A stretch of 64,000 nucleotides of DNA from Candidatus Thorarchaeota archaeon (GTDB lineage: Archaea > Asgardarchaeota > Thorarchaeia > Thorarchaeales > Thorarchaeaceae). The translations under genes and the position numbers were made by a program. Of the stretch, positions 29,259 to 38,276 are shown piece by piece (position 1 is the first letter of the stretch; every line of letters begins with the position of its first letter). The notes under the pieces are model-generated. The model made no database searches, was not told the DNA's origin, and was given only the letters and a program-made list of their open reading frames with translations. Where the stretch lies: contig JBHLRP010000006.1 of assembly GCA_048882485.1 (NCBI GenBank), forward strand, positions 1-64,000, given 5' to 3'.

Positions 29259-29959
29259 TAACGAGCCATTATCAAGTTTGGATTCTCTAGAAGAGCTCTC
29301 ACAGCATCCTTGACCTCGAATTGCTCGTCGCCAACCTGCACCTCAAGGAGCTTTCTAAGTTCAAACCTCCGAAGATATCCGACTGCCTGCTCCCTTTCAA
29401 CATTGAGTCCCTTCATTAGTTTCGCGAGGCCATTCTTTGATCCGCTATACTCTGCGAATTTGGAGAATACGCTACTCCATTGCATCATAGTGAGGAAAAG
29501 AAGTGTTCTTAGAACCCTGTCAACGTTTTCGCCAGTCTTCGCAGAACAAGGAATCACTGCTTGACCAGCTAAGAAAGTCATGTTATTGCGTAGTTGGTCC
29601 ACTGGCCGGGCATCAGGCAAGTCCTGTTTGTTTGCAGCGACAACGCAGGGGACTCCCGGGAGAAAGAATGCAATCTCTCTGAAAAACAACTTGGCTCTCG
29701 CATCGGACTCTGAATCAGCTGAGTCAACGGCAAAGATTATTCCATCTGCTCCCTCACTCAGGATTTTCCTTATGGTTCTGAATCGAAGAAGGCCTGGTGT
29801 TCCGAACAGAAACACAGTAAGCCCCCCTACGTTGGTTATGCCATGGTCCATGGCAATTGTGGTGCCTCGACGTTCGATATTGATGCATTGGCCATCAGTA
29901 ATGTGATTCACAATAAGGCTCTTTCCAGATTCGTATGGCCCTGTGACGATAATCTTCAT
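29258..29959 (-). CDS. small GTPase (MglA/CvnD-like) with C-terminal wHTH-like extension
   Basis: G1 GPYESGKS, GTTIAMDHG, G3 GTPGLLRF, G4 NKQD, G5 CSAK. Confidence 0.88.
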   Translation of the reverse strand: MKIIVTGPYESGKSLIVNHITDGQCINIERRGTTIAMDHGITNVGGLTVFLFGTPGLLRFRTIRKILSEGADGIIFAVDSADSESDARAKLFFREIAFFLPGVPCVVAANKQDLPDARPVDQLRNNMTFLAGQAVIPCSAKTGENVDRVLRTLLFLTMMQWSSVFSKFAEYSGSKNGLAKLMKGLNVEREQAVGYLRRFELRKLLEVQVGDEQFEVKDAVRALLENPNLIMAR

Positions 29960-30115
29960 GGAACTGCACCTGTGTTCTTGCGGAGGGTTGATTCCTGAGT
30001 AAAACTCTGAGTGTTAAATGGTTTGCCGTCTTCTACTTAGTGTGTTATAATCCGCTCCTTATCGTCCACACTTGGAGAATTGAACGGTAAATGGAGACCG
30101 GCTGCTTGCAGCAGC

Positions 30116-30167
30116 AGTCCTCCGCCTTCATCCCAATAGTGGTTTACGAAAGCTATCATGGGAACTC
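30116..30167 (-). promoter_or_regulatory. eukaryote-type (form 2) SECIS element overlapping the selD stop codon
   Basis: mRNA GAGUUCCC-AUGAU-A-GCUUUCGU-AAA-CCA-CUAU-UGG-G-AUGAAGGC-GGAG-GACU: AUGA/GA core, 8-bp helix II, unpaired AAA, apical mini-stem, helix I AGUU/GACU. Confidence 0.75.
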
Positions 30168-31199
30168 GGTCTCAATGAACTCTACATCCTCAGCCAGTCT
30201 AGCTGCGGGCGTTCCCTTGGACTTTGCCGATTCGCCAATGGTCCAGCAAGGCAGCTCTTTTCCTCTCAGAATCTCACAGAACTCTTCTGCGGTTTCGGGG
30301 CGGAGGAAGACTAGCATCCCTCCAGCTGTTTCAGCAGCTAATCCCTCTCTGAGTTTGTGACCAAAGAAGGCGGCCAAATCAAGACTTCCCGGTATGACGG
30401 GAACCTGATTTATTTGAACATCTACACCGCTTCTGGTGGCAACAGTGCCAGCATGGCCTAAGAGGCCAAAACCTGTAATATCTGTTGCCGCCTGAGCACC
30501 AACCTCCTTCATAGCTTCAGCAACCTCAAGATTGCTGGATGTCATGATATTCACCGCAGTTTCCTGCATCTTGCGAAGTTCTTGTTCATTGAATTCAGCA
30601 AGAAGAGCATCACGTTTCTCATCCTGTAGATCTCTGTATGACCTCATTGCAGATTGGATGCCAAGAGGTTTTGTCAAGACTATTTTGTTGCCAGGTTTGG
30701 CTCCATGGGAGTAGATTATTTCGCCTGGCTGGGCAGTGCCAAGGCATATTCCTCCAAAGACGGGGATGGGGTTCGTAATTGTCTGGCCACCTGTAACGCT
30801 GCTATTGTGGCGTTTCATGAATTCATCCATCCCCTTGAGAACTCCAACAACGATATCCACATTCATTTCCTTGGGATAGCCAACAAAAGCCTGAAGGGAT
30901 ATGAGTTGAGTCGCTCCCATCGCGAAGACGTCATTGGTGGCATTGCAGGCAACAATCTCTCCCTGTATGTGTGGGTCATCATGAATAGGTGTAAAAACGT
31001 CGACGTTCTCGACTATTGCCACCTGGTCGTTGAGGATCCGAACCACAGCATCATCGCCGACCTCACTCGCGCACGAAGTACCTAGCGACAGAATACCAGT
31101 CTTCTCTAGAAGACGGTCTAGATCGCCTTGCTTGACTTTACAGCTTCATCCATGGGAAGTAACCATTGCAGTCAGTCGCTCCTTATGCACCTGGCACAT
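30156..31199 (-). CDS. selD: selenide, water dikinase (selenophosphate synthetase), selenocysteine-containing
   Basis: frame extends upstream of 31046 through an in-frame TGA at 31148-31146: MCQVHKERLTAMVTSHG-U-SCKVKQ...GDDA; SD GGAGG before ATG 31199; DVFTP..DDP, ND.FAMG, GGQT, LTKPLG, ATDITGFGLLGH, ETAGG. Confidence 0.93.
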
Positions 31200-31331
31200 C
31201 GCCTCCGATATTTGTGGCCATAGGCCCAAAGTGCTTAGTGGATGGCCCAGTAATAAAATGTCTTGTAGGCTGCTTCACAATCCTTATAGCAACATCCAGA
31301 AACCTATCTTGTCAACCAGGAGTGAGAGGCA

Positions 31332-32777
31332 TTGAATATCAAAAAGCTGTCTGAGAACCTATATGAGATTCCTCAAGAAACAAAACCATGCATGACTGTG
31401 CCTGTCAAAATCTTCGCATCTGGTGCTCTAGTCCAGAAGATGAAGCAAGACAAGACTTTCGAGCAAGGCGCGAACGTAGCGTGTTTGCCAGGCATATATT
31501 CTCACAGCACAATTCTTCCAGATGGCCATCAAGGGTATGGATTTCCAATTGGCGGAGTGGCTGCCACGGATTATGATAATGGAGTGATATCACCCGGTGG
31601 AGTAGGCTATGATATCAATTGTGGAGTTCGTGTGCTAACAACAAATCTGGACGAAGGAGACGTAAGACCAAAGCTTAGGTCCCTTATAGAAACGCTCTTT
31701 CGTGATGTGCCAACTGGAGTAGGAAGAAGCGGTAAAATCCAGCTCGCGGGAATGAGCGGTGTTGATGAGGTCCTTAACAGCGGCGCAGCATGGGCGGTCG
31801 AGGAGGGGTATGGGTGGGATGAAGACCTAGACCATATTGAGGCTGGAGGAAATCTCGATATCGCGGATGCGTCAAAGGTTTCACAGCATGCAAAGAAGAG
31901 GGGGATGAGCCAGGTAGGAACACTTGGCTCAGGAAATCACTTCCTCGAGATACAACTCGTCGATGAGATTTATGATGAGCCCGCTGCAAAAGCCATGGGC
32001 ATAACCAGAAAGGGACAAGTAACAGTCATGATTCATAGCGGCTCAAGGGGACTGGGTCATCAGGTATGCAGTGATTACATCAAGACTATGACGCAGGCCA
32101 TGGTGAAATACAACATACAAGTCCCAGACAGAGAGCTCTGCAGTGCGCCTACAACATCTCCGGAGGGACAAGCGTACCTCGGTGCAATGAGTGCAGCTGC
32201 CAACTTTGCATGGGCCAATCGACAGACCATGATGCACTGGACACGTGAAGTCTTCACAAAGATCATGGGACAGTCGGCAGAGGACATGGAGATGAGGCTG
32301 ATTTATGATGTTGCTCATAACATGGGAAAGGTAGAGGAGCATGATATCGAAGGGCAGAGAAGAAAGGTTGTTGTGCATCGAAAAGGCGCAACTCGTGCAT
32401 TCCCCGCAGAGCATCCAGAAACTCCATCTGAATATAGTAGCATAGGACAGCCCGTCCTGATTCCAGGCACAATGGGAACGGCATCCTATATCCTTGTAGG
32501 GAACCCAAAGGGCATGGAGCTGACATTTGGCTCAACAGCCCATGGAGCAGGCCGTTTTATGAGTAGAAGTCGAGCCAAGAAGCAGTTCTACGGCAAGGAG
32601 ATTCAAAGCAGTCTTGCACAAGAGGGCATCATCGTGAAGGCTGCAAAGGGAATTGTGATTGCAGAAGAAGCTCCAGGCGCCTACAAAGATGTAGATGAAG
32701 TTGTAAGGGTTTCTGACTCAGTCGGAATCGCTACCAAGGCTGTGAGACTTCGTCCCATTGGCGTCATCAAGGGCTAG
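31332..32777 (+). CDS. rtcB: RNA-splicing/repair ligase RtcB
   Basis: PDGHQGYGFPIGG, GYDINCGVR, GTLGSGNHFLE, HSGSRG.GH, HRKGAT, STAHGAGR, EEAP.AYKD. Confidence 0.97.
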   Translation: MNIKKLSENLYEIPQETKPCMTVPVKIFASGALVQKMKQDKTFEQGANVACLPGIYSHSTILPDGHQGYGFPIGGVAATDYDNGVISPGGVGYDINCGVRVLTTNLDEGDVRPKLRSLIETLFRDVPTGVGRSGKIQLAGMSGVDEVLNSGAAWAVEEGYGWDEDLDHIEAGGNLDIADASKVSQHAKKRGMSQVGTLGSGNHFLEIQLVDEIYDEPAAKAMGITRKGQVTVMIHSGSRGLGHQVCSDYIKTMTQAMVKYNIQVPDRELCSAPTTSPEGQAYLGAMSAAANFAWANRQTMMHWTREVFTKIMGQSAEDMEMRLIYDVAHNMGKVEEHDIEGQRRKVVVHRKGATRAFPAEHPETPSEYSSIGQPVLIPGTMGTASYILVGNPKGMELTFGSTAHGAGRFMSRSRAKKQFYGKEIQSSLAQEGIIVKAAKGIVIAEEAPGAYKDVDEVVRVSDSVGIATKAVRLRPIGVIKG

Positions 32778-33704
32778 GCCTTTACTACGCTCTTTTGAGG
32801 CAATATCCAGTAAGACTAATGCGATTCCAATTAGAATCACACCAAAGCCAATCATAGTGAGCCCGGTTGGAATTTCGCCAAGAAAAATCACTGCGAGTAG
32901 CGTAGCACCAATCGGCTCGCCTAGTACTGCAGAGGATACCACGTAGGCGGGCACCAAAGTGAGCAGATAGTTGTTTACTGAGTGTCCTAGCGCGGTTGGA
33001 AAGATGGCAAGGGCCAGAAATATGATGACTTCACGCGGGTCAAAGACAAGAACATTCAGGCCCAGTGCCAAGCAAAACGGCAGAGTGACAACTGCTGCGG
33101 ATAGATAAACAACCGAAGTGTACACCGTGATGGGCAATCCTTCAGCATACCTCCTTCCACCTATGAAGTAAACTGCTAGAAAGAAAGCACTAAGCAACGC
33201 AAGAGCATCACCAGTAAGCGCACCAAATCCTTCGGATATGAGGTCATTCCAGGCAAGAAGAATTGCGCCTCCCACTGCCACCAGAACTCCTGCCCATGAT
33301 TTCCTTCTCAGCGATTCACCGAGAACTAGTGTGGAAAAGATAGCTGTGAAAATTGGTGAGGTGTTCACAAGGACTACACTTGCGGCAACGGTTGTCATGA
33401 ATAGAGATGTAAACCAAGTAGAGAAGTGAAAAGAAAGGACAATGCCGATGGCTGCCAACCAAAACCAAGTTGTCTTGAGTTTCGATCCCCGAAATGCTTT
33501 GAGGTCCCCTCTGACTGCTCCGACACTTGCCATGATTATTGAGCCATAGAGTGTTCTCCAAAAGACGATTACCAAGGGAGGAGAGAGAATTGGATTGGTG
33601 AATCTGATTAGTATGCTTGCGCTCGAAACCATTGAAACAGCAAGAATCAGGAGCAGAACAGTGCGTGAATTGATGCCTGACTCAATCCTTGGCTGCTCAA
33701 TCAT
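32718..33704 (-). CDS. DMT/EamA family transporter
   Basis: about 10 TM helices in two EamA repeats; T.PIF, GD.LAL, EP.GA. Confidence 0.9.
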   Translation of the reverse strand: MIEQPRIESGINSRTVLLLILAVSMVSSASILIRFTNPILSPPLVIVFWRTLYGSIIMASVGAVRGDLKAFRGSKLKTTWFWLAAIGIVLSFHFSTWFTSLFMTTVAASVVLVNTSPIFTAIFSTLVLGESLRRKSWAGVLVAVGGAILLAWNDLISEGFGALTGDALALLSAFFLAVYFIGGRRYAEGLPITVYTSVVYLSAAVVTLPFCLALGLNVLVFDPREVIIFLALAIFPTALGHSVNNYLLTLVPAYVVSSAVLGEPIGATLLAVIFLGEIPTGLTMIGFGVILIGIALVLLDIASKERSKGLALDDANGTKSHSLGSDSD

Positions 33705-33717
33705 CTCAAAATCACAC

Positions 33718-34206
33718 TCAGGTTGTCATCGAGTTGCACGAAACACAGCGAAGTTGGTCCTTGGAAGCTTCAACGACCTGAGACTCACAAATGGGACAGT
33801 CATCAACAATGAGGTTAGCATAGTCAATTCTGTCCAGCACTTGCGTCACGTCATCGATATCCAGATAATTGAAGAGCGCCTTGCCTGGTGCTCCTTCTAC
33901 CATTTTTGATAGGCGACCGGATGTGGAGTCAAAGAACAGAAGGATTGGCTTTGATAGCTCAATTGCCAACATAATCTCCATTCCAACACCATGTGAAGGA
34001 CTTGAAACTTCTGCGACAAGAAAATCGCAGGCACGCACATTGCGAACGTCGCGTTCATAGATTTCTCCTGCATTTGCAGGAGGGTAGAATTGAGGGGCAA
34101 AGACCTCAACGCCTTTCTCTTCCAGCAGGTCAATGACAACTCTGTAGAAATCATCACGCCTATCTTCAGAATGGATTATCGGACCAGATAGATATGCCAA
34201 GGTCAT
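33718..34206 (-). CDS. nucleoside 2-deoxyribosyltransferase/Rcl-like N-glycosidase with C-terminal Zn ribbon
   Basis: YLSGPI, D....RACD..VAEVS.PSHGVGMEI, KPIL; CPIC...CVSC. Confidence 0.82.
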   Translation of the reverse strand: MTLAYLSGPIIHSEDRRDDFYRVVIDLLEEKGVEVFAPQFYPPANAGEIYERDVRNVRACDFLVAEVSSPSHGVGMEIMLAIELSKPILLFFDSTSGRLSKMVEGAPGKALFNYLDIDDVTQVLDRIDYANLIVDDCPICESQVVEASKDQLRCVSCNSMTT

Positions 34207-34237
34207 CTTTGACTTCACCACAATCCACAATTGCGAC

Positions 34238-34597
34238 CTATTCGCTTATCTCATCAGTCGGCGGCCTTTTTCTTAGTTCTGAAATGGATGGAAGGGACTC
34301 ATCGTCTTCTATGATTTCAAACCGTCCAGAGTGTCCAAGTGAGAGCTGCATCTTGCCCTGCCACTCCTTAGCCCAGCCGTCGGTGATTTTGATGACCAAT
34401 CCGGCAGAAAGCGCGGCGCCTTGACCAAAGCCCCATAGACTTAGAATAGTGGTTCCTGTATGGTCAGCCACAAGGACCTCAGTGAGCTGCGTCTTGCGAC
34501 CTCCTCGTGCTCGAACAATGCGGGGAGGTGCAACTGAAACTACCCGCACAATTAGATCAGATACATTCTTTCCTATCTCGACTTCATTCAATTTCAA
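34238..34597 (-). CDS. single OB-fold ssDNA-binding protein (SSB-like)
   Basis: VRVVSV, VADHTGT..LSLWG, VIKI.DGW.KEWQGKMQL.LG. Confidence 0.85.
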   Translation of the reverse strand: MKLNEVEIGKNVSDLIVRVVSVAPPRIVRARGGRKTQLTEVLVADHTGTTILSLWGFGQGAALSAGLVIKITDGWAKEWQGKMQLSLGHSGRFEIIEDDESLPSISELRKRPPTDEISE

Positions 34598-34701
34598 ATA
34601 GTACTACCTCGCAGTGACCAGAGTGAGTGGAACGCATTACAAGATGGATATACAGTAGCAGTTGAGTCTTGCGATAGTCGTACTCAAATGAATAACAGGT
34701 G

Positions 34702-36453
34702 CTATTGGTCAGATTTGTCGGACTCATCATCTGTGGTGATGCCTAGAATGGCATCAATCTCATGAATGGCATCCAGATCCACTGAACCCATCTCATCAGA
34801 TTCATCATCATCTCGCCTTGAACGTTCAGAAACCCCCAGAAACATGGCCAATTCCCTCTTCGAGTCCTCGTCAAGGTCCTTCTCGACCTCTCCTTCTTCA
34901 CCATTGGGAGGAAGAACTTCATCGTGAGAGAAGGCTTCTAGCGCCGTATCAAGCTCTTCTTTTGACACTTTCTCAATCTCAGCACTGATTAGCTCGTCAG
35001 CCTCCAAAGCGTCAAAGATAAGGTCGATTGCCATTTGGCGCCCATTGTCCTCAGCAACAACCACTTCCTCTTTAGATGGCTCATCAGCAGCAAATTCGAT
35101 GTCCACCTGATTAGCTGCTTCCGAGATTGGTTCGCCCTCAATTTCCACGATTTCGATTTCTTCCTCGGGCAGCTCAACTGGCTCTTCAGGAATCTCTTCT
35201 TCCTCAACCACTTCAGTTGTGACGTCATCAGTTTCCTCAACTTTAAGGACTTTCAGAGTTTCCACTTCTGCAGGTTCGACTTCGACTATCCCTTCTGCCT
35301 CTGGTTCTTCCTGTTCAGCACTTTCATCTTGTAGGGCTTCAATTGGCTCGATTTCTGGAGGTTCAGCCTCCTGAGATGGTGCTTCATCAATCTCCTCAAC
35401 AACTTCTTCGATTATCTCGTAATCCTCTATATCCTCTATTACATGACCATCTTCGTCGACCAGAATCTCCTCAATTACCTCCACTTCCTCGTAGTCCTCA
35501 TCCTCTTCCTGCAAACGCGCAGCCCTTGCCTCCACTTCGGCGATGGCATCCTCAGTTGCTTCGTCTGCAAATCTAAGAAGTTGTCTCGCTGGTAGGTCAG
35601 GTAGGGCGACGCCAACATATGTTGCGGCAGCATTCATGAGAATCCGTAGCATCTCATCGCGTCTGCTCTTATCTATGGCCACCATTGGATAAGTAGGAAC
35701 TCCGAGAATTTTCTGCACAACTTCAGGTTTCATCACATTGGGCTTGTCCTGTTTGTTCGCGATTGCAAACAGAGGCACTTTGGGAGCGTCCCTTCTAATC
35801 AGTTTTAGAATATCCTTGCTAATGATAACATTACGAAGAGATGAGTCACAGACCAAGAAAATCACATCGGCACCGTGGAAGTAGAAACGCCATAGTTTTC
35901 TGAAGCGTTCCTGACCTGCGAAATCCCACAAAACCAGAGAATAGTTCCCAAAATGGATATTCTCCACTGTTTCCAGATTTAGAGCGATTGTTGGCACATA
36001 CTGGGTTGGCGGTGTATCTCCCAGAAGAAGATGTAGAGTGGTTGTTTTCCCGACACCTCCCTCACCCACCAAAGCTATCTTGAGTTTGGTAATTATCGAT
36101 GACTCAATAACAAATTCGTATTCATTTATCATAGTCTGTAACCCAGACTGAAGTATGCGACTCTTGATGGCCGTCGCTCCATCTCGCAGCTTATCAGCAA
36201 TCGCTCGTTCATCCTCTTGCGCATCTGTAACATAGACCAGCAAGAGGTCCTCGACTACCTCAATCGCCATGTACTTGTTGTCATCAATTACAAGTGGTAG
36301 CTCCGTGAAACTATCGGGAGAAGATTCCTTAATCTCACTTCTTGTCCCTAGAAACTCACGAATTTCGCCTTCTGGAACATCGATTGGCCAGTACTTTGAA
36401 CTTGCTAGAATCTGGCTTGTGGATATGCGTATCAGGTAGGTCTTGATGATCAA
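34702..36453 (-). CDS. Arf-like small GTPase with N-terminal longin-like domain and long acidic tail
   Basis: GEGGVGKTT, YVPTI, WDFAGQERFRKLWRFYF, NKQD; roughly 280-aa D/E-rich C-terminus. Confidence 0.88.
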   Translation of the reverse strand: MIIKTYLIRISTSQILASSKYWPIDVPEGEIREFLGTRSEIKESSPDSFTELPLVIDDNKYMAIEVVEDLLLVYVTDAQEDERAIADKLRDGATAIKSRILQSGLQTMINEYEFVIESSIITKLKIALVGEGGVGKTTTLHLLLGDTPPTQYVPTIALNLETVENIHFGNYSLVLWDFAGQERFRKLWRFYFHGADVIFLVCDSSLRNVIISKDILKLIRRDAPKVPLFAIANKQDKPNVMKPEVVQKILGVPTYPMVAIDKSRRDEMLRILMNAAATYVGVALPDLPARQLLRFADEATEDAIAEVEARAARLQEEDEDYEEVEVIEEILVDEDGHVIEDIEDYEIIEEVVEEIDEAPSQEAEPPEIEPIEALQDESAEQEEPEAEGIVEVEPAEVETLKVLKVEETDDVTTEVVEEEEIPEEPVELPEEEIEIVEIEGEPISEAANQVDIEFAADEPSKEEVVVAEDNGRQMAIDLIFDALEADELISAEIEKVSKEELDTALEAFSHDEVLPPNGEEGEVEKDLDEDSKRELAMFLGVSERSRRDDDESDEMGSVDLDAIHEIDAILGITTDDESDKSDQ

Positions 36454-36607
36454 CTAGGTTTCACCATCTAATTGGCAAATCATGATATATTTCCGGTACT
36501 AAGTCTAGGTTTGAATGCTATTTTAAAGCATTCACGGTCAACCCTTCGTATTGGGCAATGCATTGACTTATACACGATTCTAAGGTGGCATAAGCAAATA
36601 GATTATG

Positions 36608-36842
36608 TTAGGACGCAGAGGCTCGCCAGGCGATCCTCCGCATCCGTCGGGCCTTCAGGCCGAACGCACGCGAAAATTCTCTTTGCGCAAGTATTGTTTG
36701 CAAGGGGATTCATCCTCTTGAAGCGTATGCTCCAAGAGTCCAATGCTAGAACTCGTAAGGGACCGTGTGTTGTGAATGCGAGTTCTTTTGACGGGGAAGT
36801 CGTGCGTTCCGCGACAAAGGCAGCCTACACCATAGAGTGCAG
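36608..36842 (-). ncRNA. candidate multibranch structured RNA C (about 235 nt)
   Basis: promoter-like AAAGCTTCTTAT at 36880-36869; helices GAACGCACG/CGUGCGUUC, AGAACUCG/CGAGUUCU, CUCUUGGAGC/GCUUCAAGAG, GGCC-UGAA-GGCC, GGAUGCGGAGG/CCUCUGCGUCC. Confidence 0.6.
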
Positions 36843-37001
36843 ACCAATCGACACTTTGATGATGCAACATAAGAAGCTTTCTGGTTTCCGAAATAACGAA
36901 AAGACGGTTCATAGACGGTTAGTGGCCCCAAAAAAGGGCTCCTTTGGTAGAACAGCATATACTGTCGGCTATAAGGCACGAAACGGATTAGGAGCCTCCA
37001 T

Positions 37002-38141
37002 CTATCGCGGAAAGTTATCCCTCAGAAGTCGAAGGTGGTGATGAACCATCTCCATCGCCTTTGTATCATCAGGAGTTTTCTCCAGCTCAGTGACCAATGT
37101 CTGGAGGAAGTATTCAGGGAAGAAGAGCCTCACACGAATATCATTGAGAAGGAACAGCCATTTGTCATATTCACCAGATGCTCCCTTTCGTCTTCGTTCT
37201 GAAACCACTCTATACTTCTTCAATGTCTGAATAGCCTGCTTTAGTTCCTTCGGAGGAATGCCCAGGGTGGCTTCGAGCTCCGAGATGTTTACGGGTCTAC
37301 GTCTGAGCTCATTTAGAGTGTCATAGCAGTCTGGATCTGCAAGAATAGATGCCACTGATACTGTATCCTCCGGTGTCTTCTGCCATTCTGTGAGGAACTC
37401 AAGCACCTCTGACTTGTATTCTGCAGTGAGCTCAGGATCAAGCACAGATCCTGCAGATTCCATTGCCAGCAATGGAGGAGCACGAAACACCTCAAGGTCT
37501 TTTATCATGAATACACAGGTTCTGCCGATTTCATCGACCCATTCACTCTTTACAAGACCTAACTCTTCGAATGGAGCGATGATTGAATCGACTGACACAC
37601 TAGGTAGACCAGTAACCATCTTGAGCCATTCCTCAAGATCCTCTTTGGAGATGCCTCCCTTCCATAGTTTTGGAAATACTGCTCGTGAAATCTCATCTGA
37701 AAAGAGACGGGCTAGTCTGGATTCATCAGTCATGCCAGCGAGTCTAATAATTCGTCTGTATGTGTTGTCGAGCTCTGTCTTGAGCTCTGCATCTGTCATC
37801 GCCACGACTGCATTCGTCAGCGGTGATACGATGGAGGTGATTGCAGCCTCATAGATCTTGGGATCTTCAGAGGGCGTAAGAAGCAAACTGATGCAGTATT
37901 GCTCCTCTTCTCTCACAATCCCAGTGTAATAGGAGGCGACATTGTACTCTTCTCCTCCAATGCGAACACTGAGGGATGAGAAACCAGCTGTGGCGTCACC
38001 CATAGCGTGCGAGGTAAAAATCCTCATGATCTCGGTGTTCAAGTCTTCTCGGTAATAGTCCGCGAAGTCGGCTGGAACCTTGGCTTTCAGCACTGCGCCG
38101 ATTTTGCTGTCCCAGTCGATCAAGAGCATGGCAACGGGCAT
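37002..38141 (-). CDS. protein with N-terminal longin/uDENN-like domain and two winged-helix regions
   Basis: N-terminal LIDWDSKIGAVLKAKVP pattern; ISKEDLEE..FEELGLVK and NISELEATLG...LKKYRVV wHTH-like segments. Confidence 0.65.
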   Translation of the reverse strand: MPVAMLLIDWDSKIGAVLKAKVPADFADYYREDLNTEIMRIFTSHAMGDATAGFSSLSVRIGGEEYNVASYYTGIVREEEQYCISLLLTPSEDPKIYEAAITSIVSPLTNAVVAMTDAELKTELDNTYRRIIRLAGMTDESRLARLFSDEISRAVFPKLWKGGISKEDLEEWLKMVTGLPSVSVDSIIAPFEELGLVKSEWVDEIGRTCVFMIKDLEVFRAPPLLAMESAGSVLDPELTAEYKSEVLEFLTEWQKTPEDTVSVASILADPDCYDTLNELRRRPVNISELEATLGIPPKELKQAIQTLKKYRVVSERRRKGASGEYDKWLFLLNDIRVRLFFPEYFLQTLVTELEKTPDDTKAMEMVHHHLRLLRDNFPR

Positions 38142-38276
38142 TTTTCTATCTCCGGTCCCTGTATAGACTGGTCAATTGGAGCTAGTCTGAGACGTTCAGC
38201 GGTGAGTACCTAAAAAAGCTTGTCACTAGACGCTCCGCATAACGCTCTGGGGCTCCCTTTTGGAGCCATTTGGAAC

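Noticed and set aside
36472-37041. 189-aa plus-strand ORF, and the 85-aa minus-strand ORF ending in TGA as a possible selenoprotein
   Set aside because: Atypical composition, no redox motif around the TGA and no SECIS; the region is better explained by RNA structure and promoters
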